Shown: one piece after another, positions 1-7,528 of the stretch
How the letters are laid out: the number at the start of each line of letters is the position of its first letter
Position numbering within the stretch: position 1 is the stretch's first letter
From: a virus
Lineage: Duplodnaviria; Caudoviricetes
Length of the DNA stretch: 31,971 nt
IMG/VR virus record: IMGVR_UViG_3300032373_001196
Span: 1-31,971 of that record
Strand: one strand, 5' to 3'
Notes under the pieces: model-generated
Database searches by the model: none
Seen by the model: only the letters and a program-made list of their open reading frames with translations
What the model was told of the DNA's origin: nothing
Position numbers and translations under genes: made by a program

Positions 1-342
1 CTATCCTAATTTGGCCCCATTATGCAGGGGTTTGTCAGGGGTGGCAAGAACAACGCTGCCATCTTCCTGATAAAAGCCAGTGACCAAAACTTCAGATTTA
101 AACCCTGCAATCCGCATGGGAGCAAAGTTGATGACACACACCACTTGCTTACCGATTAATTCTTCTTTTGTATATAGGTCTGTGACCTGCGCAGAAGATT
201 GCTTCAGCTCAGCTGTTCCAATATTCACCCAAAGTTTATAGGCCGGCTTGCGGGCTTCGGCAAACTCTTCTGCCCGTTCAATAGTGCCTGCAACAATCTG
301 AACTTTTTCAAACTCTTCCCATGTTAAGTCTAAATCGGTCAC
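1..342 (-). CDS. csaA: tRNA-binding/export-related chaperone CsaA (OB fold)
   Basis: 113 aa with ARKPAYKLWV, SSAQVTDLY, VINFAPMRIAGFKSEVLVTG and NGAKLG, typical of CsaA; GTG start. Confidence 0.92.
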   Translation of the reverse strand: MTDLDLTWEEFEKVQIVAGTIERAEEFAEARKPAYKLWVNIGTAELKQSSAQVTDLYTKEELIGKQVVCVINFAPMRIAGFKSEVLVTGFYQEDGSVVLATPDKPLHNGAKLG

Positions 343-432
343 TTCTCTCTCCTCTAAAAAGCTTCTAACAGCACATTAGCTTTATTCTTTTGCCCATAAT
401 CCAAAGTAAATTTTCTTTCATTTCATGCATTC

Positions 433-480
433 TAGCCGGAGACAAGCGAGATTTTCAAGCAGTGTATTTGGTGTAATAAG
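433..480 (+). promoter_or_regulatory. Conserved upstream element/promoter of mini-MuF gene 1
   Basis: TAGCCGGAGACAA ... TGGTGTAAT (extended -10-like); aligns without gaps to 5607-5654 upstream of the paralogue. Confidence 0.55.
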
Positions 481-519
481 TTTTCGAGGGCATACCATTA
501 TATAAAGGAGCGATACTAG

Positions 520-1173
520 ATGGATACAAACAGGGAAATTCAAGAGATTTTAAAAGCTAATCAAGCAAGAAGTGGTGCCAAGAAATATATATGGCGTACA
601 AAGAAGGATGCTAAGGTCAGGTCAAGTCATTTTGACCGTGAAGGAAAGGTATATAGCTGGGACAAGCCGCCGCCAGGAGGGCATCCAGGAGAGGCATTCG
701 GGTGCCGGTGCTGGGCGGAACCTGTTTTTGAAGAAGAAATGACAATAGAACAAAAAAGAGAAGCACGTACAATGGGAGGGGGTACTTTAGATTTTATCGA
801 TCATTATTTTACAGGAAATGGTAAAAGAGTGATGTTACAAGATTTGGGTCTTGCCAAGAACTTTGAGAATGCCCCTTCTGTTAGAAAAGTTACTGATGCG
901 TTCATAGATAAAATAATCCCACAGGCACATGATGGCTTTAAAGCACGTGAAACTTCTGCAACGAATGTAACTTGGGAGCTGAGTAAGGGACTATTTGTTG
1001 TTGGGGACAGCACTTTTTTTATGGAAGTAGACTGCCAGAATGGAATTTGTACTTTTACCTTCTCAATTGAAGATGAATTTAGAAACCCTCTTGATATAGA
1101 GGGGGTTGAGATTCCTGGTGGGACAATATACGAGATTGATCATAAATGGCAGATTAAAAGACGTTTCAGATAA
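520..1173 (+). CDS. Mini-MuF (SPP1 gp7/Mu gpF C-terminal motif) fused to a colicin-M-like putative toxin domain
   Basis: N-terminal KYIWRTKKDAKVRSSH...PPPGGHPGEAFGCRCWAEP is the MuF signature; tail has HYFTGNG, DLGL, EDEF and GTIYEI, resembling ColM motifs; RBS AAAGGAG. Confidence 0.75.
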   Translation: MDTNREIQEILKANQARSGAKKYIWRTKKDAKVRSSHFDREGKVYSWDKPPPGGHPGEAFGCRCWAEPVFEEEMTIEQKREARTMGGGTLDFIDHYFTGNGKRVMLQDLGLAKNFENAPSVRKVTDAFIDKIIPQAHDGFKARETSATNVTWELSKGLFVVGDSTFFMEVDCQNGICTFTFSIEDEFRNPLDIEGVEIPGGTIYEIDHKWQIKRRFR

Positions 1174-1174
1174 C

Positions 1175-1924
1175 CTACTTTTGTGTTAGCTGAGCACGCC
1201 AGCAAAGCACCAGATACATCCAAAGTATGCTAGCTGGAATTAAAAAGATACCACCCCTTAGATGCATATAGAAAAGAGAAGAAAAGAATAAGAAGGCGGG
1301 CGGTAACAGTTGAAGGATGGCATGAATAAGCCATACTCTGGAACCCCACACCTTATTATTATTCCATACCCAAAGACTGGCTCTCTCCTTTTTAAGGAAA
1401 GAGATGATACTTGTAACGATAAGAAAATACATTGTCGCAATTATGCTTAAGATGCCAAGGTAAAGATAAAGGATGATGATTGTATCAGCATGGGGATGAT
1501 AAAAATTCCGAATCTGATTGTACGTTATAATATGAATCAATCCAAAATACACGAACCACGGCACTAGTACTGAAAGGCCAAACAGTTTCCATTTTTTTGA
1601 AGGCATTTTTAAGGTCCCTAAATCTTGCCAATTTCTGACTTTAAACCATTTCTTAAAACTGTACAAAGAGGCTATTAACATCAAAAACCAGCTGCCTACA
1701 TCAATAAGCAGCCATCGTGCTGTGCGATTCTCTTCCATTTTATCATACCAAACAGACAATCCACTTTTATATTCTGTTTTAAGGTTACTATAGGATGAGA
1801 CCCTTAGTTCATGAGCCAACTTGGGATCTTTGTAGATAGGCATGTTGAGCCCCCAAATAATAAGGCTAAACGAAAGAAGAAGTGTTATGGCTATTAATTT
1901 TTTCATAAGGGAGAAATTCATCAC
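1175..1924 (-). CDS. Multi-pass membrane protein, possible immunity protein
   Basis: 249 aa with ~6 hydrophobic segments; convergent with the mini-MuF gene, stops 1 bp apart. Confidence 0.65.
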   Translation of the reverse strand: MMNFSLMKKLIAITLLLSFSLIIWGLNMPIYKDPKLAHELRVSSYSNLKTEYKSGLSVWYDKMEENRTARWLLIDVGSWFLMLIASLYSFKKWFKVRNWQDLGTLKMPSKKWKLFGLSVLVPWFVYFGLIHIITYNQIRNFYHPHADTIIILYLYLGILSIIATMYFLIVTSIISFLKKERASLWVWNNNKVWGSRVWLIHAILQLLPPAFLFFSSLFYMHLRGGIFLIPASILWMYLVLCWRAQLTQK

Positions 1925-2056
1925 CTAAATTATCAGCATATGCCTGACTATACACTACTGGTCACTCAGAAGGCAGTTGAAAATTCCTAGAAATTAGAGG
2001 TTAAATTCTAATTTTCAGATCTTTTTTTCATCCCATGATTTTGTTAGGCTAGAGAG

Positions 2057-2320
2057 ATGAAGCTATCGCGGGAAAAGTTTTTAAAGTGGGAAAAGAAATT
2101 TGCGAAGTACTTTTTAGGCTTCGCTATTTCTCTTTGGATACTTGTAAGCCTTTTTGTCGGTATTATGACCCTTTTGATATATATCAAGAATCAGAATATA
2201 GCTGAAAAAGCTAGAACAAGCCAAGAATCTTCACTTCAAAACTATGGCAGTCCAGATCCTTATCCTATTCGCTATATTGCTATGAATTGGCTTAGGTCAG
2301 CTCCGCGAAGAACAAGGTAA
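2057..2320 (+). CDS. Small single-TM hypothetical protein, possibly truncated
   Basis: 87 aa, hydrophobic YFLGFAISLWILVSLFVGIMTLLIYI; ends just before att scar 1. Confidence 0.5.
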   Translation: MKLSREKFLKWEKKFAKYFLGFAISLWILVSLFVGIMTLLIYIKNQNIAEKARTSQESSLQNYGSPDPYPIRYIAMNWLRSAPRRTR

Positions 2321-2338
2321 ACTTAACATCACCTTGAC

Positions 2339-2430
2339 GAGGAGGGACTTGAAGTTAATCAGTAAATCTTTGTTTTAATTGAATAGGATCAATTCAATTT
2401 TTACGACATACCCCCATAAATACCCCTTAA
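2339..2430. mobile_element. att scar 1: tRNA-Met 3'-end core plus arm-type repeats
   Basis: GAGGAGGGACTTGAAGT (2339-2355) is identical to 7703-7719; TACCCCCATAAATACCCC at 2409-2426. Confidence 0.75.
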
Positions 2431-2450
2431 ACTCTACTTTTAAGAGGAAA

Positions 2451-5276
2451 TCACCTTCCCTCTCTCTTTCTTTTCTGTGTCACTTTTTTCTTCATCGAAT
2501 CGGTGGTTACTTCCTTTTTAGTTTTACTACCAAATGACTCTTCTCTTTTTTTAAAAACTCTCTTTAGGGCTGGGATAGATGATTGGTGAACACAAAAAAT
2601 ACCATTTTGTGTTCCTTGTCCTCCCCCTATGCGATGCCCACATTTTATTCTTTCACCGCCTAAAATGACAAAACTTTCTTCTGAATCTTGGGAAGCATTG
2701 CTCAAATCCTCAAAAATCTCAATGAAAGCTAACTTCATTGCAGACATGCCAAGGCTTTTTGCTAACTTAACTTTACCTACATCTCCCGGTTCTCTAGCCT
2801 TTAACCCTGCTCTGTGCTCTATATTAAGTTTTTTTCTTAAAGTAGGTATCTGTGATTGGTGAATATAGAATGCCTTTCGGGGGGGGTGGCCTGGCGTAAG
2901 TTTAAGTGCGCATCTAATAGTCTTTCCATCAATGCTTACAGGTGCTTTAGGATCTGAATGACAGTTTTTTTCTAATTTGTCCCATAATAACTTAAACTCT
3001 TCTCGTTTTGACGCTGGCAATGCCAGCTGAACAGCCATTTCAGCTCTGGTTAAATCATACTCAGCTCTAACCTCTGGTATGTTTAGCTTTGATCTAAAAA
3101 AACTAATGTCATCGGCGTGTATGCAAAAGCGAGGAAGGCCTCTATCAAGCTGAAACAAGCGATACCCACACCTAACTCTTTCGCCATTTATAACGACTGC
3201 ATCAAGATGCTTTGTTACCAAATGTCTTTTATCATATTCCTCCTTAATTTGCTCAAAGAGCAAGTTAAAGTTTGAATCAGAATAGGTTATTGCTGGCAGT
3301 CTGTTTGAAACCAATCGTTTATCTAAATCGTGAGGATTTGCGGGTACCCTTCCTAAGGCTTCACGAATTACATCCAAAGAATTGCTGTGGATACAGAATA
3401 CTAGTTTGCTCGTACGAGAACTTGATTGCCTTCTATAAGCGCACCTTACTTTATGTTCTCCCAGCTGGATATTGTTTGGGTTTTTCTCAAACTGTCTTTC
3501 TAAATCTGATACTAGCTCGCGATAATCTGTACCTACTCTTGATGCTGCCCTTATTTTCTGGGCTAAAAGCGATTTAGACATCCATTCCTTAGTTATAATA
3601 GGAATTTGTGTGGTTTCCAAAATTGCGGCAATATCTTCAAGATTTTTTCGATGAACATAAAACTGAACTCCACGCCCCACCTCGGTTCCCAGAGAATATC
3701 CGCACTCTATCTCCTTACCTTCAAAAATAAGGGGTACCCTAGATTCTTTATCAAATTGCTCCTGTAATTTAGATATAAGCTTAATAAACTTCCTATTTTG
3801 TCTGTAAATCCCCAAAGAGTCTGCAATCTCCGACCTAGTTAACATATCAAAGTTTTTCTTCTTAACTTGACCAGTTTCATGGCGCTGTTTAAAGGTAATC
3901 AGTGCTTTCTTAGAGGCATGAACTTTTACTCCCTTAACAGCTGCATCTGTGGAGGCAAGACGTGTTGAATGGTCTCTCCCCCCTAATGAGATTTCCCCTA
4001 TGCCTTCCTCTGCTGTTTCATAGATGTTCACCCCAGGGGGCACCAAGAAATGCCCATCTGCTACCTGCCCAAAAGTTACGCAATCAGGTTGATCATCATC
4101 AACTAAGGTTACAACAAAGGCAATTTTGTTAGGGTTTTTCTGTGATTTTCGTAGAAGACGTCCACCAGTTTGTTCTGCCAAAATTGGGGCGCGAGTGGGA
4201 CGCAGCATAAAACATAAAGCAGTATCAGGTGAATCCCATCCTTCAATAAGAAGGTCCGCATTTACGATGGCTTTAATCTCTCCACGGTTCTGAGCAGCAA
4301 GAATATCCCTTAACTCTCCCTTTGGTGTTGTTCCTGAAACAACGCGCACTGCTTGAGGGCCGAATACTTTTTTAAGATCTCTACCAACTCTTTCTGCATG
4401 ACCAATCCCCATACAATAATAAACGGCATCTAAATCTCTAAATCTTGTTTTTGTTTCTGGATGCACGTAATTGGCATGCATTTCGATAGATATTTTATCT
4501 CTCTTCCGTATGCGGGCAATACGCTCAAGGTCTCGTGCAGAAAATTCTTTATTTGAACTATAAGGGACACCCGTTGAAATATGCGTTTCTACTACAATAT
4601 TAATGATTGGGCACGTTTCACCGTTATAGACAGCTGATCGTACGGATGTTTCATGCATTGGCGATTGGCCGTGGAAAAGATGATCTCCAATGGTTTGCCC
4701 TGTTATAAACTGGTCTGTCGCTGTCCACCCTAAAACAAGGGAATTCCCAAAGAATGCTTCTTGGATGGCAGGGCGAATTACGTCCCCTCGGGCGCGATGT
4801 ACCTCATCCAATATAACTAATGGATAATCATTAGGATCTAAAAGACCGCGAGAATATAAACTTAGAAATGAACCATACGTCGTGGACAGAACAGGGGCAT
4901 TCAAAGCAGAACGTTTTTGCAATGTAGAAACGCCGCTGTGATATACACCAGCCCACTGAGGATCATAGCCGTATAAATCTGGACGTATCAAACAGTTATC
5001 TATGACTTGCTCGGCAAGAAGTCTTCTTGGTGATAACACTAATGCTGGATAATCCATAACTGTTTCACGAGGATTTAGTGCATCAATGATTGCGCTAAAC
5101 GTAACTGTTTTCCCAGTTCCTGTTGGGCGCTTCACATACCCAAAATCACGTCCATCGTCCACGCCTTCTAAGACATCAACAAGGGTGTTGTGCTGATAAT
5201 CGGTAAGGGGATTTTCTCCCTTAACTAGATAATCATTCAGACGATTAACAAATGCGTTACGTAACCCAGGCCTCAT
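2451..5276 (-). CDS. SF2 DEAD/DEAH-box (ResIII-like) helicase with five C-terminal tandem repeats
   Basis: Motif I PTGTGKT, II DEVH, III TAT, V EGWDSP, VI QTGGRLLR; RBS AAAAGGAG. Confidence 0.88.
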   Translation of the reverse strand: MRPGLRNAFVNRLNDYLVKGENPLTDYQHNTLVDVLEGVDDGRDFGYVKRPTGTGKTVTFSAIIDALNPRETVMDYPALVLSPRRLLAEQVIDNCLIRPDLYGYDPQWAGVYHSGVSTLQKRSALNAPVLSTTYGSFLSLYSRGLLDPNDYPLVILDEVHRARGDVIRPAIQEAFFGNSLVLGWTATDQFITGQTIGDHLFHGQSPMHETSVRSAVYNGETCPIINIVVETHISTGVPYSSNKEFSARDLERIARIRKRDKISIEMHANYVHPETKTRFRDLDAVYYCMGIGHAERVGRDLKKVFGPQAVRVVSGTTPKGELRDILAAQNRGEIKAIVNADLLIEGWDSPDTALCFMLRPTRAPILAEQTGGRLLRKSQKNPNKIAFVVTLVDDDQPDCVTFGQVADGHFLVPPGVNIYETAEEGIGEISLGGRDHSTRLASTDAAVKGVKVHASKKALITFKQRHETGQVKKKNFDMLTRSEIADSLGIYRQNRKFIKLISKLQEQFDKESRVPLIFEGKEIECGYSLGTEVGRGVQFYVHRKNLEDIAAILETTQIPIITKEWMSKSLLAQKIRAASRVGTDYRELVSDLERQFEKNPNNIQLGEHKVRCAYRRQSSSRTSKLVFCIHSNSLDVIREALGRVPANPHDLDKRLVSNRLPAITYSDSNFNLLFEQIKEEYDKRHLVTKHLDAVVINGERVRCGYRLFQLDRGLPRFCIHADDISFFRSKLNIPEVRAEYDLTRAEMAVQLALPASKREEFKLLWDKLEKNCHSDPKAPVSIDGKTIRCALKLTPGHPPRKAFYIHQSQIPTLRKKLNIEHRAGLKAREPGDVGKVKLAKSLGMSAMKLAFIEIFEDLSNASQDSEESFVILGGERIKCGHRIGGGQGTQNGIFCVHQSSIPALKRVFKKREESFGSKTKKEVTTDSMKKKVTQKRKREGR
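2550..3845 (-). repeat. Five ~85-aa protein-level repeats in the helicase C-terminus
   Basis: GKEIECGYS..FYVH, GEHKVRCAYR..FCIH, GERVRCGYR..FCIH, GKTIRCALK..FYIH, GERIKCGHR..FCVH. Confidence 0.8.
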
Positions 5277-5298
5277 GCGCGCTCCTTTTAAGACACAC

Positions 5299-5328
5299 CT
5301 TATATATGATTGCGTATTATCTTGTCAA
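5299..5328 (-). promoter_or_regulatory. Sigma70-like promoter of the helicase gene
   Basis: TTGACA (5328-5323) with TATATA/TATAAG 16-18 bp downstream. Confidence 0.6.
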
Positions 5329-5358
5329 ATAAAAATAATATTACTTGGCGCTAAGTGA

Positions 5359-5458
5359 TGTAGCGCGGAATGAGGCTTTTGATTGAGGGGTAGAGGGTTG
5401 ATTTAAATCAATGCATGGCTGTTCAATATTCTGTATGTACCCCTAAATAGTACCCTTT
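5359..5458. mobile_element. att scar 2 (highly degenerate core) plus arm-type repeats
   Basis: TGTAGCGCGGAATGAGGCTTTTGA resembles TGGTAGCGGAGGAGGGACTTGAA; TACCCCTAAATAGTACCC at 5438-5455 lies at the same ~55 bp offset as in the other two copies. Confidence 0.55.
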
Positions 5459-5606
5459 ATGGTTTTAGCTCAAGCATTCATTTATCCAATTAACCTCTAG
5501 GGTGTAACTATATCCCAACCCCCCGGGGGGGGAGGCTCCTTACTTTCTGAAACGTGCTGCAGCCAGCCCGATAAAATATGCAATTTTTAAAACTTCTCAG
5601 ATATTT

Positions 5607-5654
5607 TAGCTGGAGACAAAGAGGATTTCCAAAGGAGCAATATGGTAAAATAGG
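5607..5654 (+). promoter_or_regulatory. Conserved upstream element/promoter of mini-MuF gene 2
   Basis: TAGCTGGAGACAA ... TGGTAAAAT with the same 36-bp offset as 433-477. Confidence 0.55.
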
Positions 5655-5685
5655 ATATTAAGACACCCCTGAGCAAGAAATAAAA

Positions 5686-6450
5686 ATGGACCAGAATGAA
5701 ATCAAGCGGATCTTGAAGCACAACGGCATTAATGAAGCTAAAAAGGGCAAAAAATATATATGGCGTACTCGCAAAGATAATAAAGTTAGATCCTCCCATG
5801 CTAGCCGAGATGGTAAGATATTTGAATGGGATAAGCCTCCTCCTGGTGGACACCCAGGGGAAGATTATGGATGTCGATGTACAGCAGAGACCTTAGTAGA
5901 AGAACCCAAAAAACGTAATATTCTTGAGGAGTTAAATGAAATTGATTATGGCAGGGCTCCTGGCTTATCCGATCAAATTAACCCCTTTGGTATTCGTGGA
6001 AATACAGGGAGTAGAGAATATCAGAAGTGGTTTGAGGCGCGGTTTCCTAATACAGTGGCCGGGGCAAAGAAACTAATTTCTCATCGTATTGACCAACAAA
6101 TTCAAAAGCATATTAAGTCTGGTATCCCGATAAAGGGTGGTTCTATTAAGGTGAAAGATGTTGATATACAACCTGATATGAAACGTTTTGGGGATGAGTC
6201 ACAGAACTTTATTGAACGCAATGTTGTTATAGGTAGTTTTGAGTTTGATGTTGAGAATATTCAGGTAGAATACACTCTGACAGGACAAAAAACAGTGCAA
6301 TACGACTGGTCAGCAAGGGTATTCATACGTGAACAAACGGGCGTTGGCCCAGGCGAGCCTTTAGATGAACTTGAATTTTTGGCTGCAAAACGTATTCTCG
6401 ATTATGGAGGTTGGGAAGTAAATGGGGCTGGTTCAGCTAAAGCACCTTAA
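5686..6450 (+). CDS. Mini-MuF fused to a second, different C-terminal (putative toxin) domain
   Basis: KYIWRTRKDNKVRSSH...PPPGGHPGEDYGCRCTAE nearly matches the N-terminus of 520..1173; C-terminus diverged. Confidence 0.75.
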   Translation: MDQNEIKRILKHNGINEAKKGKKYIWRTRKDNKVRSSHASRDGKIFEWDKPPPGGHPGEDYGCRCTAETLVEEPKKRNILEELNEIDYGRAPGLSDQINPFGIRGNTGSREYQKWFEARFPNTVAGAKKLISHRIDQQIQKHIKSGIPIKGGSIKVKDVDIQPDMKRFGDESQNFIERNVVIGSFEFDVENIQVEYTLTGQKTVQYDWSARVFIREQTGVGPGEPLDELEFLAAKRILDYGGWEVNGAGSAKAP

Positions 6451-6844
6451 AAAGTGTTTTGATAGATTTACCTATATTTTGGGTCTTATAGCCCTGTTAG
6501 GAGTTATATGGGTTGTCCAAGCGTTTTTGACTTATGAACCTAAATGGCAGCTAGAATTACCGCCTGGCAGTAAAGTAATCCAATCAAACATAGCGGGCTT
6601 TCACAACCTTCTTGAACTTTCAATATGGAGAGAGGTTTTATTACCCGAACCGAAAGGCTGTGCTGTAGTTTTTGATCAAGCAGATTTTATTGAAGAATCA
6701 GTAGAGGCAGGCAACCATTTACCAGAACAATATGATTATAGAATCTATACTAAAAACTACTACCACGAGAGTAATGACCGCGACTATATCTGTTTCGAAA
6801 CCTCTGATTTGAGGCGTATTATACTTGTAGAGTGGTCAACTTAA
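6422..6844 (+). CDS. Membrane-anchored protein, candidate immunity protein
   Basis: Overlaps the toxin gene 3' end; one N-terminal TM (FTYILGLIALLGVIWVVQAFL) followed by a soluble domain. Confidence 0.6.
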   Translation: MGLVQLKHLKKCFDRFTYILGLIALLGVIWVVQAFLTYEPKWQLELPPGSKVIQSNIAGFHNLLELSIWREVLLPEPKGCAVVFDQADFIEESVEAGNHLPEQYDYRIYTKNYYHESNDRDYICFETSDLRRIILVEWST

Positions 6845-6978
6845 TAGTTAAGAAGTTTAGTTGCATCTACCTCTAAACCTTCAGCAATTTTTAGCAGCAT
6901 GGTTACAGAAAGATTTTTCTTACCTGCTTCTATTTCAGATAGGTAACTACGATCCATATCTGCAAGACCCGCAAGATC
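6841..6978 (-). pseudogene. XRE-family helix-turn-helix regulator, 5'-truncated
   Basis: Manual translation DLAGLADMDRSYLSEIEAGKKNLSVTMLLKIAEGLEVDATKLLNY*; first helix missing. Confidence 0.8.
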
Positions 6979-7034
6979 TTATAGGGCTTATCTTTTGCCT
7001 TAGCATTCTTAATTTTTACTTCGGTGAGCTTCAT
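6975..7034 (-). pseudogene. N-terminal remnant of a P4-type tyrosine integrase (arm-binding domain)
   Basis: Manual translation MKLTEVKIKNAKAKDKPYKI matches the typical P4/IntA start (MKLT..I..AK.K.KPYKL); ATGA overlap with the upstream stop. Confidence 0.8.
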
Positions 7035-7526
7035 TTTGCTTCAATAAGGTAGTTCTTTAACTTGTTCTCAATTTCAGAGAGAAGAGCATAGTACTTTCCT
7101 TGTAACTCTCTTTTTTCATTAATCATGGCTGTGTTATTAGAGTCTTTCTCAATAATGTTATTGATTAGTGCTAGAAAACTCCCAATAAGATTTGCCGTGT
7201 CTTGATCTAAGTTTAACCTTGCTCGTTCTTGTAAAATTTTTAACTCTTCTAGCTCCGGAGAGAAACTTTGCATCCACCCTATTATGCAGTTTATACTTTT
7301 CGTTATGCTCATGTATTTGATTTGATGACATCTCCGTATAATCATCCAGCCTTAGTAGAAAATTGTATAACTCTTTTGATTTGTAGATGTACTTGGCAAT
7401 ATCCGCTGCTAGCTCAGCATTCCTGACTTTTTTCCAGGTACCTAGAGCTTTGTGTGCAATTGCAGCAGCATACCACACGCCAATGACAGTTATTCCTTGG
7501 AAGAGTAGATTTAAATTACAATTCAT
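7031..7526 (-). pseudogene. Frameshifted TM-anchored helical hypothetical protein
   Basis: MNCNLNLLFQGITVIGVWYAAAIAH...DAKF (ORF 7158..7622 frame) continues as SPELEELKILQER...LIEAK (ORF 7031..7345 frame); shift near 7260. Confidence 0.55.
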
Positions 7527-7528
7527 TT

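Noticed and set aside
5398-5411. Palindrome TTGATTTAAATCAA as a specific operator or IHF site
   Set aside because: AT-rich, only a partial IHF match, and not conserved in the other two att spacers.
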